Source: an uncultured Marinilabiliaceae bacterium
Lineage (GTDB): Bacteria; Bacteroidota; Bacteroidia; Bacteroidales; VadinHA17
Direction of reading: 5' to 3'
Length of the DNA stretch: 64,000 bases
Assembly: GCA_942491535.1 (NCBI GenBank)
Contig: CALOBV010000007.1
Location: 2,583 to 66,582 of the forward strand
Below are positions 56,137-64,000 of the stretch, one piece after another. A program made the position numbers and the translations under genes. How positions within the stretch are numbered: the first letter of the stretch is position 1; each line of letters begins with the position of its first letter. Under the pieces are notes generated by a model. The model did not search any database and was not told the origin of the DNA. It saw only the letters and a program-made list of their open reading frames with translations.

Positions 56137-56778
56137 ATGAGACCTGTAAAGCCATCGATATTTATCATTATTTTATTTATTCCCCTTCTTATAAATAGTT
56201 GTAAAAGCAATCAAACAAACAGAGCAGATAATAATATTATACTAAGTGATGATATGAAGACACTTGCAGTATCAGAAGTAATTCATTCAAGAAAAAGTGT
56301 GCGAAAGTTTATTGATAAACCAGTGAGTGATAAAGACCTGGGTAAGCTATTGAGGGCTGCAATGGCTGCTCCTACCGGGAAGAATCTTCAGCCCTGGTTC
56401 TTCTATGTAATAAAAGATCGATCGGTACTTAATAAACTGGGTGAAGAGCTACCAACGGCTGCCATGCTCAAAGATGTACACTCAGCAATTATGGTATGCG
56501 GTGATATATCCAAAGCAGATACCACATCTTACAAAAACTATTGGCTTATGGATTGTTCGGCCGCATCAGAGAATATACTTTTAACAGCTGAATCGCTCGG
56601 TCTGGGTGCATGCTGGACGGCTGTTTTCCCCTATGAAAGCAGAATAAGTATAGTTAGAAGTCACATTAATTTACCTGTGCACCATATACCGCTCAATATT
56701 ATTCCTGTTGGCTACGCAAAAGGTTCCGAGAGCCCAAAAGATAAGTGGAATCCTGCCAATATCTCAATAATAGAGTAA
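56137..56778 (+). CDS. Nitroreductase-family flavoprotein with an apparent lipoprotein signal
   Basis: N-terminal MRPVKPSIFIIILFIPLLINSC, then a nitroreductase fold (HSRKSVRKF, APTGKNLQPW). Confidence 0.75.
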   Translation: MRPVKPSIFIIILFIPLLINSCKSNQTNRADNNIILSDDMKTLAVSEVIHSRKSVRKFIDKPVSDKDLGKLLRAAMAAPTGKNLQPWFFYVIKDRSVLNKLGEELPTAAMLKDVHSAIMVCGDISKADTTSYKNYWLMDCSAASENILLTAESLGLGACWTAVFPYESRISIVRSHINLPVHHIPLNIIPVGYAKGSESPKDKWNPANISIIE

Positions 56779-56797
56779 TTCCTTCTTGCACGCTCTA

Positions 56798-57994
56798 TTA
56801 TCTGATAGATTCGAGTGCCTTACTTATAATATCTATCAGGTAATCTGTCTCCTCAAAGCCTACAGATAATCTTATCATACCTGGCTCAGGATACTTATAT
56901 CCCCATACCGGTTCAACGGGCATAATAATTGTATGAGAATCACCCAGTGTAGGAATAAGCAATATCTTATCGCTTAAAATTTCAATAAGTCTATCCCTGT
57001 TTTCTCTCTTTTTATTGCTGTTTTTGCCGACAATATCAAAAGTTATTATTGCTCCATAACCTCGTTCTGAGAATAGCTTTTCTGCAATCTCTCCTGTCGG
57101 GTGAGATTTAATATTCGGGAACCAGACTCTTTCTACCATATCGGATTCCTCAAGTAAAGAAGCAATCTTAATGCTGTTATAAAATTGCTGTTTGACCCTC
57201 AGGGTGAAAGACTCCATCTGAGTGGTAAGCCTGTATGCATCGTCGGCCGACAGCATATGACCAATAAACTTCCTGTAGTTTGTTGCTTCTTTTCTTAACT
57301 CTTCATCATTGCCACATACTACCCCGGCAGTAATATTACCATGACCGCCAAGGTATTTGGTCGCACTGTGGATCACCAGATCGGCCCCCATCTTTAGTGG
57401 ATTTATTAGATAGGGTGTTGCAAAAGTATTGTCTATAATAACTTTAGCCCCATAGTTATGCGATAGATTAATTATCTTCTCTATATCAGCTACAATCAGA
57501 AGGGGGTTGGAAATAAGCTCACAGAATACCAGGTCAGGCCTCTTCTCCTTGAGCATCTCTTCGAAGCTAATCAGATCATACCTTTCTTCAGAGGGTGCAA
57601 AGCTGATAATATCCAGGCCTCTTCTATTAATCAAAACAGAATCAATATAAGAATTGGTTCCACCATATATTTCTGTAAAGAATAGCCATGAGCCTGTTTC
57701 CTTTCCTGTTTGAAATATTGATAATGCAACATCAATAGCCGACATCCCCGATTGCGTAAGCAATGCCCAGGCACATCCTTCAAGCTGAACTATCTTCTTT
57801 TCGGCAGCTATTACAGTAGGATTTCTATAGCGGCTATATATAAACAGATCCGGCTCAACCGGGACATCCTTCTCATCTTCAAATGCCTGCCCCATTGTTG
57901 AGGAATCATATAATTTAAAACCTGCATCCCGATAAACCGGGACTCTTGAACTAATTGGTCTTTGCTTTTTCATATTCGTCAATGTTTTTATCAA
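56798..57994 (-). CDS. Cys/Met-metabolism PLP-dependent enzyme (cystathionine gamma-synthase/lyase family)
   Basis: YSRYRNPT, DNTFATP and HSATKYLGGHG (PLP lysine) in 398 aa. Confidence 0.85.
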   Translation of the reverse strand: MIKTLTNMKKQRPISSRVPVYRDAGFKLYDSSTMGQAFEDEKDVPVEPDLFIYSRYRNPTVIAAEKKIVQLEGCAWALLTQSGMSAIDVALSIFQTGKETGSWLFFTEIYGGTNSYIDSVLINRRGLDIISFAPSEERYDLISFEEMLKEKRPDLVFCELISNPLLIVADIEKIINLSHNYGAKVIIDNTFATPYLINPLKMGADLVIHSATKYLGGHGNITAGVVCGNDEELRKEATNYRKFIGHMLSADDAYRLTTQMESFTLRVKQQFYNSIKIASLLEESDMVERVWFPNIKSHPTGEIAEKLFSERGYGAIITFDIVGKNSNKKRENRDRLIEILSDKILLIPTLGDSHTIIMPVEPVWGYKYPEPGMIRLSVGFEETDYLIDIISKALESIR

Positions 57995-59270
57995 AGAATG
58001 TCTTAAATAAACTTACCGGGTAAAAATGTAAATAATAAAATATCCTTCCTGCCAACTCGGATATCAGTAATAAAATTATCGACACTAAAGTTATATCAAC
58101 AAGTCCGAGTATCGAGCTACTTAAGTATATAAGCACAAGAGTCTGGATAATGGTAAAAATAACAAAACCCTTTTGCCGTCTATTCTTATAAATATAATAG
58201 ATAGCAGCTACTATTTTAATTATTCCAACAAAAATAAAAGGCAAGGGAGTATTCAGAAAATATGATGCCATTAGCAATCCTGACAGAAAGCTTTGCCCGG
58301 GATGTATCTTAAATGAAAATCGACTATCCGAAGATGTGTAAATAGAATCCACAGATACCAGTAGTAAGAATCCTGCAACAAAGGATATTATCCATAATTC
58401 CCTTATATAAAATATATAGGCAGGCACTGAACTAAGAGAAAAAAGCAATAGAGCTGCTATCTCATTACTCAGGGGTGATCTAAATATCCCCGATATCGAC
58501 CTCCATGCCTTTAAGGGCTTACCCAGGTGGAGCAATGGAATAAGAAGGGTTATTCCCATTGCCAGTGAATATACCAGGGGGCTTATTTTTACTATTCCAA
58601 ACCAGTTAGAAATATTAGTAGCGAAGAGAAGCGAAGATAAGTATGTGAATATCATAAGGCTCCATTCGCTTTTCAAAGTAACTTTTCTATCATGAGAAAC
58701 AAATGCCTTTCGAGGATGATGATCATCATCAAAAGGAACAATATCAGGCCTGCCAGTTCCCATAGTATGACACTCAATAACTGACAGCCTTGGCAGTGTA
58801 CCTGAATCTGTAAAGAGATTTTGCTTTCTTCCTGAATCAATATCTGAGAAGCTAAGTGCTCCTGTAGGGCACGCTGTTACACATGCAGGGTCTATTCCTT
58901 CATTTAACCTGTTATAACATAAGTTACACTTCTCAACCTCTTTCTTTTTTGGATTATACCTGGGAGCATCGTAGGGGCAATTCCAGTAGCAGTACTGACA
59001 TCCAATGCATCTCTCGGGCATAATCTGCACCGTGCCATTTGTCTCATCCCTGTAGTAGGCATTAGCAGGACATCCCGTCATGCAAGGAGCATCCTCGCAA
59101 TGATTACATGCCATTGAAATATTATGTACCGGCAGGCCCGGATAAGTATCAGCATTATCTCCCACTACCATCCTCCACGGCATATCCTGTCCGTTCTCAA
59201 GCGAGCAGGCAATAATGCAGGCATGACATGCAACGCATCGGTCGATATTGAAATTAAAGCCCCTTGCCAT
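57951..59270 (-). CDS. Fused 4Fe-4S ferredoxin (DmsB-like) + DmsC-like membrane anchor subunit
   Basis: N-terminal 180 aa with four Cys clusters (CVACHACIIAC, CNHCEDAPC, CIGCQYCYWNCP, CNLC..CVTACP). Then about 8 TM helices with RSPLSNEI, resembling the DmsC SWLSREI motif. Confidence 0.85.
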   Translation of the reverse strand: MARGFNFNIDRCVACHACIIACSLENGQDMPWRMVVGDNADTYPGLPVHNISMACNHCEDAPCMTGCPANAYYRDETNGTVQIMPERCIGCQYCYWNCPYDAPRYNPKKKEVEKCNLCYNRLNEGIDPACVTACPTGALSFSDIDSGRKQNLFTDSGTLPRLSVIECHTMGTGRPDIVPFDDDHHPRKAFVSHDRKVTLKSEWSLMIFTYLSSLLFATNISNWFGIVKISPLVYSLAMGITLLIPLLHLGKPLKAWRSISGIFRSPLSNEIAALLLFSLSSVPAYIFYIRELWIISFVAGFLLLVSVDSIYTSSDSRFSFKIHPGQSFLSGLLMASYFLNTPLPFIFVGIIKIVAAIYYIYKNRRQKGFVIFTIIQTLVLIYLSSSILGLVDITLVSIILLLISELAGRIFYYLHFYPVSLFKTFFDKNIDEYEKAKTN

Positions 59271-61299
59271 TATTTATTTTTTCAATTCTTACAAGATTGT
59301 CATGAAATGCTGTTCCATGTCCCATATCTGTTTCTCGTCCTTCCGACAGGAAGTTTCCACCACCACTTTCGCTTATCCACCATCCATTAGGCATTGCAAC
59401 ACAGCCAGGCATTATACGGCTTGTAATATCTGTTTTTACAATTATCTCGCCCCTCCTATTATAAACTCTTACAAAGTCATTATTTATTAATCCCAATTTA
59501 TCTGCATCATCAGTGTTTATTTGCAGCAGTGGCTCCGGATCAATTTCCTTAATTACCTTAAGGTTTCCGAACTGGCTATGAATGCGGTTTTTAGTATTAG
59601 GCGAAAGAAATATATAGGTATTATCCCCTCCTTCTTCATCTTCAAAAGCCTTTTTATAGCCGGGCAGAATATTGCATTTCCAGAGAGATTGAGCATCCTC
59701 TGAGAGTATTTCTATCTTTTTTGATTTCGTTTTAAATATAAGATCATGGTAAGCTACCTCTTCGGTATCATCTACAATCCTTTTACTTTCTTTGAAATCG
59801 TCAAGACTAAACTCTGTAAATCCCCTTATCCTGTTTTCAAGCCATCTGTCCATATTATCACTACCTGGTTCAGGTATCTCATCCTCAGTAAAGCTGAGTT
59901 TAAGTCTTTTTGCCAGTTCGTAAAAAATCTCCGACTCCGGCTTTATAGTCGCTAAGGGATTAATTATCTTAGGTTTAAAGCAGATATATGGCGACCAGTA
60001 TGAGCTGATAATATCCTGTTGCTCGAACATGTTTTTAGCAGGAAGGATAAGGTCTGCAAGGGTAGCGGTATCAGACATAAACTGATCGACTACAACTTTG
60101 AATTCTATTCCGGAGATAGCTTCAATAACAGTATTTGTGTCGGGTGCCTGCGTAACAGGATTGCCTCTTTCAATCCATGCAAATTCTATTTCAGGATTTT
60201 TTATTGACAATAAATCCTTACCCAGCCTGGCCATTGAAACTTCCCGCCTGAAAAGAGGGTTTGTATTTATTTCAGGATAATATGATTGGGGTTCTTTTAC
60301 TTTATCAAACACATATCCCTGGAGGTTGGCATAATTAAAACCTGAGCCTCTGTTCCCAATATTTCCTGTAAGGGCACATAGAGTAAGCAGTGATCTTATT
60401 GTCTGACCTCCATTAGTATATCTTTGCATACCGAAGCCGGCAATTATCGTCATAGGCTTAATTTTGCCAATCATTTCGGAAAGAGATAGTATTATTTCTT
60501 CAGGTACACCACTAATTTTTTCAGCATCGGCAGGTGTAATTGTAAGTGAATCTGAGAATTCCCTGAAGCCATGAACATGATTTTGAATAAAATCACTGTT
60601 TATATAATTCTTTTCGATAATAGTTTTTGCAATTGCAAGAGCAATAACTGCATCAGTTCCCGGAACCGGGCGAATAAGCAGATCGGCTTTATCTGCCGTA
60701 GCTGTACGCCTGGGGTCGATAACAACTACCTTCGCCCCTTTCTTCGATGCCCTATCAATAAACACAGTCTCCTGGATATTTGTTTCCGCAGGGTTCTTAC
60801 CCCAAATTATTATAAGCGAAGCATCCTCAAGGAGCCAGGGTGCATTATGTTTTATTTCCCCGAATGACAATCTGCTTGCCTCAAGTCCGGCAGGCCAGCA
60901 AAAGTTACCGTAGCAGGTAGTTGCCCCACCGAAGGAACTAAAGAAATTATAACCTATCTCATTAGTAAGGCCTGCCATACCACTTCCGGTATAGTACAGA
61001 ACAGATTTCTGATTATTTTTATCACGGATTGTTTTTAACTTATCTGCTATTACATCCAGGGCATCATTATAAGCAATTGGCTCGAACTGACCGTCTGGAA
61101 GTCGGATAAGTGGTTCCGTTATTCTGTTTTCTGAATGTGCCCTCTCGATATAAGCCAGGCCTTTGAGGCATGGACCTTCTGAAACTGCCCTGTTTGATTC
61201 GTCGGGTAGAATACGAACAATTTTATTGTTTTCAGTAAAAACTCTGAAGCTACATGTACTGTAACAGTTTCGCGGGCAGACTGTGGTATATTCTTTCAT
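59254..61299 (-). CDS. Molybdopterin (DMSO-reductase family) oxidoreductase catalytic subunit, no Tat signal
   Basis: It starts directly with the FS0 motif (MKEYTTVCPRNCYSTCSF...GPCLKG) and has MopB and C-terminal molydop-binding regions. An in-frame TAG 15 nt upstream of the ATG excludes an N-terminal extension. Confidence 0.88.
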   Translation of the reverse strand: MKEYTTVCPRNCYSTCSFRVFTENNKIVRILPDESNRAVSEGPCLKGLAYIERAHSENRITEPLIRLPDGQFEPIAYNDALDVIADKLKTIRDKNNQKSVLYYTGSGMAGLTNEIGYNFFSSFGGATTCYGNFCWPAGLEASRLSFGEIKHNAPWLLEDASLIIIWGKNPAETNIQETVFIDRASKKGAKVVVIDPRRTATADKADLLIRPVPGTDAVIALAIAKTIIEKNYINSDFIQNHVHGFREFSDSLTITPADAEKISGVPEEIILSLSEMIGKIKPMTIIAGFGMQRYTNGGQTIRSLLTLCALTGNIGNRGSGFNYANLQGYVFDKVKEPQSYYPEINTNPLFRREVSMARLGKDLLSIKNPEIEFAWIERGNPVTQAPDTNTVIEAISGIEFKVVVDQFMSDTATLADLILPAKNMFEQQDIISSYWSPYICFKPKIINPLATIKPESEIFYELAKRLKLSFTEDEIPEPGSDNMDRWLENRIRGFTEFSLDDFKESKRIVDDTEEVAYHDLIFKTKSKKIEILSEDAQSLWKCNILPGYKKAFEDEEGGDNTYIFLSPNTKNRIHSQFGNLKVIKEIDPEPLLQINTDDADKLGLINNDFVRVYNRRGEIIVKTDITSRIMPGCVAMPNGWWISESGGGNFLSEGRETDMGHGTAFHDNLVRIEKINNGKGL

Positions 61300-61335
61300 A
61301 ATCAGAATCTGCTACAAATCTAATCAAAAAGAAAA

Positions 61336-61357
61336 GTCCCGGCACCTCTGCCGGGAC
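61336..61357 (-). terminator. Hairpin terminator of the lipoprotein gene, immediately upstream of the Mo-enzyme operon
   Basis: GTCCCGGCA-cctc-TGCCGGGAC: a 9-bp stem followed on the minus strand by TTTTCTTTTT. Confidence 0.7.
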
Positions 61358-61478
61358 AAAAACCAACCAACCTAACCAAAAAACCTAATTTTTGGATAAC
61401 TAATATGGATAGAATATCTATTAGTCAATTATATAACCAACAGGAATAAAAAAGGTTCAATAAAAAGATATAAATATA

Positions 61479-61883
61479 TTAGAGGTCTGTTATGGGACCG
61501 TCTAATGGGTAGACTATATTAACAACAAGAATACCTGAACCAATTGATGTAGGATATACTTCGTAGGTAACTTTATCAGGTCCTATATACGTTGCATAGG
61601 TATTATCGGGCTCTCCATTTGTATAAACCATACCATCGATGGTCAGACTTACTTCAATTTCCGGATAAGATATTTCGAACCTGTGATAATCAGATAAAGT
61701 AGCGGCATCGATATTACCAAAATTAAATTCTCCTTTCCCGGTATCAACAATTACATTTTCGAAAACCACATCCCCGGTAACATTCTTTATTCTTACATCA
61801 GTTGGACCTTCCGGGGTGATCTTTTCTTTTGAACATCCTGCTATGGCAAGGACGAGAGCAATAAGGATAGTAAGCTTCTTCAT
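61479..61883 (-). CDS. Small lipoprotein, unknown function
   Basis: Lipobox LAIAGCS, 134 aa, beta-rich. Confidence 0.55.
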   Translation of the reverse strand: MKKLTILIALVLAIAGCSKEKITPEGPTDVRIKNVTGDVVFENVIVDTGKGEFNFGNIDAATLSDYHRFEISYPEIEVSLTIDGMVYTNGEPDNTYATYIGPDKVTYEVYPTSIGSGILVVNIVYPLDGPITDL

Positions 61884-61945
61884 TATTTAATATTATAGGT
61901 TCAACACATTTAAGACTGGATGCGCAGGCGAAAAGTTGCGTCTGT

Positions 61946-62725
61946 TTATACTTTTGTAAGTGCTTCGCCGGGAATCCATCCCACATTTCCATCAGATAAC
62001 CTTACCTCATACCATCCTCCCAGTTCGTCCTCAATTCTTACTTTTGTACCTTCATGGATAAGAAACAGGTCTTTACCGCTCTCGTCGGGCGAACTTTTGC
62101 CAGTTACAGCCGGTGCAAATATTATCGCGTTTTGCTTTTTAATTGTCAGGATAGTATTCTGATATGAAAGAGAAATTGCAAAAACAGAAATAACAAGCAT
62201 AAGTAAGCCCGCCAGGAAACTGATCTTTTTTATTCCAATACGAATGGAGAAGAGGTAAATAAGAATTAGCGACAGGGATGCAACAAAGGCTACAAGACTT
62301 ATTATTGACCATACATTGGAATGAAATATCAGTGATACCATTTTATACCACCTGACCAGGAATAGTTCGGGAAGTGACTCAAAACTATCTGTAATATAGC
62401 TCCTTGCTATTTCTAGGTTATACTTTACATCCTCGTTGAATGGTCTCATTAACAAGGCCTTTTCGTAGTATAAAATAGCCCCGGGCATACTGCCGCTCTT
62501 AAAGTTTGCATTACCCAGATTATAAAACAAATCATAAGAGGTGTAACCGGAATATACAAGTTTATCCCATTCCTCAATTGCTTCCTTATAATTTCCATCT
62601 GTATAAAGACTTATGCCCTTATCAAAAATAGCTTCAGGATCCTGGGGTGAACTCAGTAAAGTGAGCCCTGTACTTACTGATAATATAAGTAATGCTACTA
62701 CCCTGTATATTATTTTAGATCTCAT
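61946..62725 (-). CDS. BatE-like TPR + SH3 aerotolerance protein
   Basis: N-terminal TPR (AIEEWDKLV, YNLGNANFK), TM helices and a C-terminal SH3b (GGWYEVRLSDGNVGWIPGEAL). Confidence 0.75.
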   Translation of the reverse strand: MRSKIIYRVVALLILSVSTGLTLLSSPQDPEAIFDKGISLYTDGNYKEAIEEWDKLVYSGYTSYDLFYNLGNANFKSGSMPGAILYYEKALLMRPFNEDVKYNLEIARSYITDSFESLPELFLVRWYKMVSLIFHSNVWSIISLVAFVASLSLILIYLFSIRIGIKKISFLAGLLMLVISVFAISLSYQNTILTIKKQNAIIFAPAVTGKSSPDESGKDLFLIHEGTKVRIEDELGGWYEVRLSDGNVGWIPGEALTKV

Positions 62726-64000
62726 TTTCTATTGCTTTGATAACTTCCTCCGCCGATCTGTAGATATCTTTCCTATCCTGTACTGACCCTGTAGGTGAAA
62801 ACCTTGAGTACTCGCACGACTCGATAATATTGATGATTTTATTTATCGACATACTATCAATTCCCTTCTTAGCTAAAATTCCGGTGGCTGCCTGTATATT
62901 GAGATGGGAATAAGGTATGCTCAGTTTATCACTGAGATATCCCCACATCGCTTTCAGTAATTCTGAGAAAAACTCTTCATCATTATCTTCTTTAAGGAAT
63001 TTACCTGCGGTTTTAAGTCTCGCGGATGCAACTTTTGCAGCCTTCCTGTTCCTTACCTTTGCCAGGTCTGAATTTCTCTTAAGATGCTCTCTTCTCCATA
63101 TAATAATAATTATAAACAGTAATAGAGCCGACAGGTACATTATTATAAATGAGGATCTTGAGACAAGAACCATATTCTGCTTCTTCAGACTTTTATTATT
63201 AGAGTGTATATACCTGATATCCCTTCCCAGGTAGGTTATGCTTTCTTTATTAACTGATCCGAATACCTGGGTCTCAGCATCTGCATCATTTCCTTTTCTA
63301 ACATAGAAGCTCTTTACTTTGGTTGATAAGACTTTATACCTTCCTGCATCGGGATCATAATAAGAATACTCAATTGGGGGTATCTCGAACAAACCATGAT
63401 GTCTCGGAATCAGAACATATTCAAAGGTCCGGCTGCCTTCAGTGCCAGATGATGTATAATTAAGATTTGATTCAATCTTGGGATCGTATATTTCAATGTC
63501 AGGTGAAAGAATAAACTCAGGTGGCATTGACAGTTGCAGATTACCATTTCCCGAAATTTTTACTTTAAGGGTAAGAGCTTCATTTACAGATATAGTATCC
63601 GCATTAATATCTGCACTTAATGATATTGATCCTACAGTACCCTGGAAAGAACCTGGTTTGCCCGAAGGCAATGGTTTTACTTCGATATCAACAGGCATAG
63701 TAGCTATTACCTTGGGCACCGTGCTGAATGAGGAAAAGAAATCACCGAAGAAAGGATCATTTGACCGGGCACGTTCCTGTAATAAAACAGTAAGTGTTGA
63801 TGGCTCAATCCTGAGAGTACCAGATTTTTGAGGATATATTAAGAAACGTTGCAGTACTCCGGTATTATATATAGTACCATTTACATTCTCTGGTTCAAGA
63901 GTCCTGAGAGGTACAGTTTCCAGATCGGTTTTTAAGAATCCATTAAAATCAGGATAATTAAGCTCCTGGATCCCACTCAGGTTTACCCTTGAGTATATTT
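62715..64000 (-). CDS. BatD-like oxygen-tolerance protein, N-terminus beyond the window end
   Basis: I checked that the frame stays open from 63719 to 64000 (..NYPDFNGFLKTDLETVPLRTLEPENVNGTIYNTGVLQRFLIYPQKSGTLRIEPSTLTV..). It has a TM helix plus a C-terminal helical part and overlaps BatE by 11 nt. Confidence 0.75.
   Translation of the reverse strand, partial: IYSRVNLSGIQELNYPDFNGFLKTDLETVPLRTLEPENVNGTIYNTGVLQRFLIYPQKSGTLRIEPSTLTVLLQERARSNDPFFGDFFSSFSTVPKVIATMPVDIEVKPLPSGKPGSFQGTVGSISLSADINADTISVNEALTLKVKISGNGNLQLSMPPEFILSPDIEIYDPKIESNLNYTSSGTEGSRTFEYVLIPRHHGLFEIPPIEYSYYDPDAGRYKVLSTKVKSFYVRKGNDADAETQVFGSVNKESITYLGRDIRYIHSNNKSLKKQNMVLVSRSSFIIMYLSALLLFIIIIIWRREHLKRNSDLAKVRNRKAAKVASARLKTAGKFLKEDNDEEFFSELLKAMWGYLSDKLSIPYSHLNIQAATGILAKKGIDSMSINKIINIIESCEYSRFSPTGSVQDRKDIYRSAEEVIKAIENEI

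Noticed and set aside
59254-61299. Selenocysteine (in-frame TGA) or a hidden Tat leader in the molybdoenzyme
   Set aside because: The ORF is uninterrupted with no internal TGA read-through needed, and an in-frame TAG 15 nt upstream of the ATG rules out an extension.
62715-63719. BatD appearing truncated at a GTG start (63719), suggesting a frameshift
   Set aside because: My translation shows that the same frame stays open to the window edge at 64000, so the gene simply continues beyond the window.
1-64000. Mobile genetic element, prophage or defence island
   Set aside because: I saw no integrase, transposase, recombinase, phage structural, toxin-antitoxin or restriction gene in any frame. 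The gene content is core-metabolic, apart from the repeat-rich non-coding tracts.

Overview
This window reads as a chromosomal segment of an anaerobic Bacteroidota-type genome. Supporting signs are the rpmB-rpmG-DUF4295 trio, BatD/BatE aerotolerance genes, a TonB-dependent receptor with a CarboxypepD_reg-type N-terminus, Tat/lipoprotein signals and roughly 35-40% GC by eye. It holds about 50 protein genes, mostly housekeeping (gyrA, clpC, rimO, ftsY, rpmB, rpmG, cinA, fabG, sucD, mnmE, ung), and one tRNA-Gly(CCC). I saw no rRNA, CRISPR array, integrase, transposase or phage module. All calls come from reading motifs in the ORF track and the raw sequence, with no database search. Leads worth a second look: (1) A minus-strand operon at 56798-61299 encodes a signal-less DMSO-reductase-family molybdoenzyme, a fused 4Fe-4S/DmsC-like membrane subunit and a Cys/Met-metabolism PLP enzyme, with overlapping reading frames. 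(2) A 1.1-kb gene-free, repeat-dense island lies between convergent genes at 5320-6400. (3) Short-period tandem-repeat arrays occupy many intergenic regions. They include a C-depleted 200-bp tract ending in (TTTAGGG)x7, a 9-mer x16 array and a 43-bp x2.5 array. (4) A nitrosative-stress cluster at 1-4941 carries about 12 of the roughly 14 frameshifts in the window, in ric, qNOR norB and a 5-FCL gene, while the NorV-like flavodiiron gene is intact. (5) An AraC / outer-membrane barrel / MMPL exporter locus has a complete LolA-like protein, with its own signal peptide, fused in frame to the exporter. (6) A TonB receptor / lipocalin / TrmO-like / NifX-like operon. (7) A 1369-aa YadA-head-repeat protein with a phage-appendage-like C-terminus. 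I cannot show that any of these is a truly new system.
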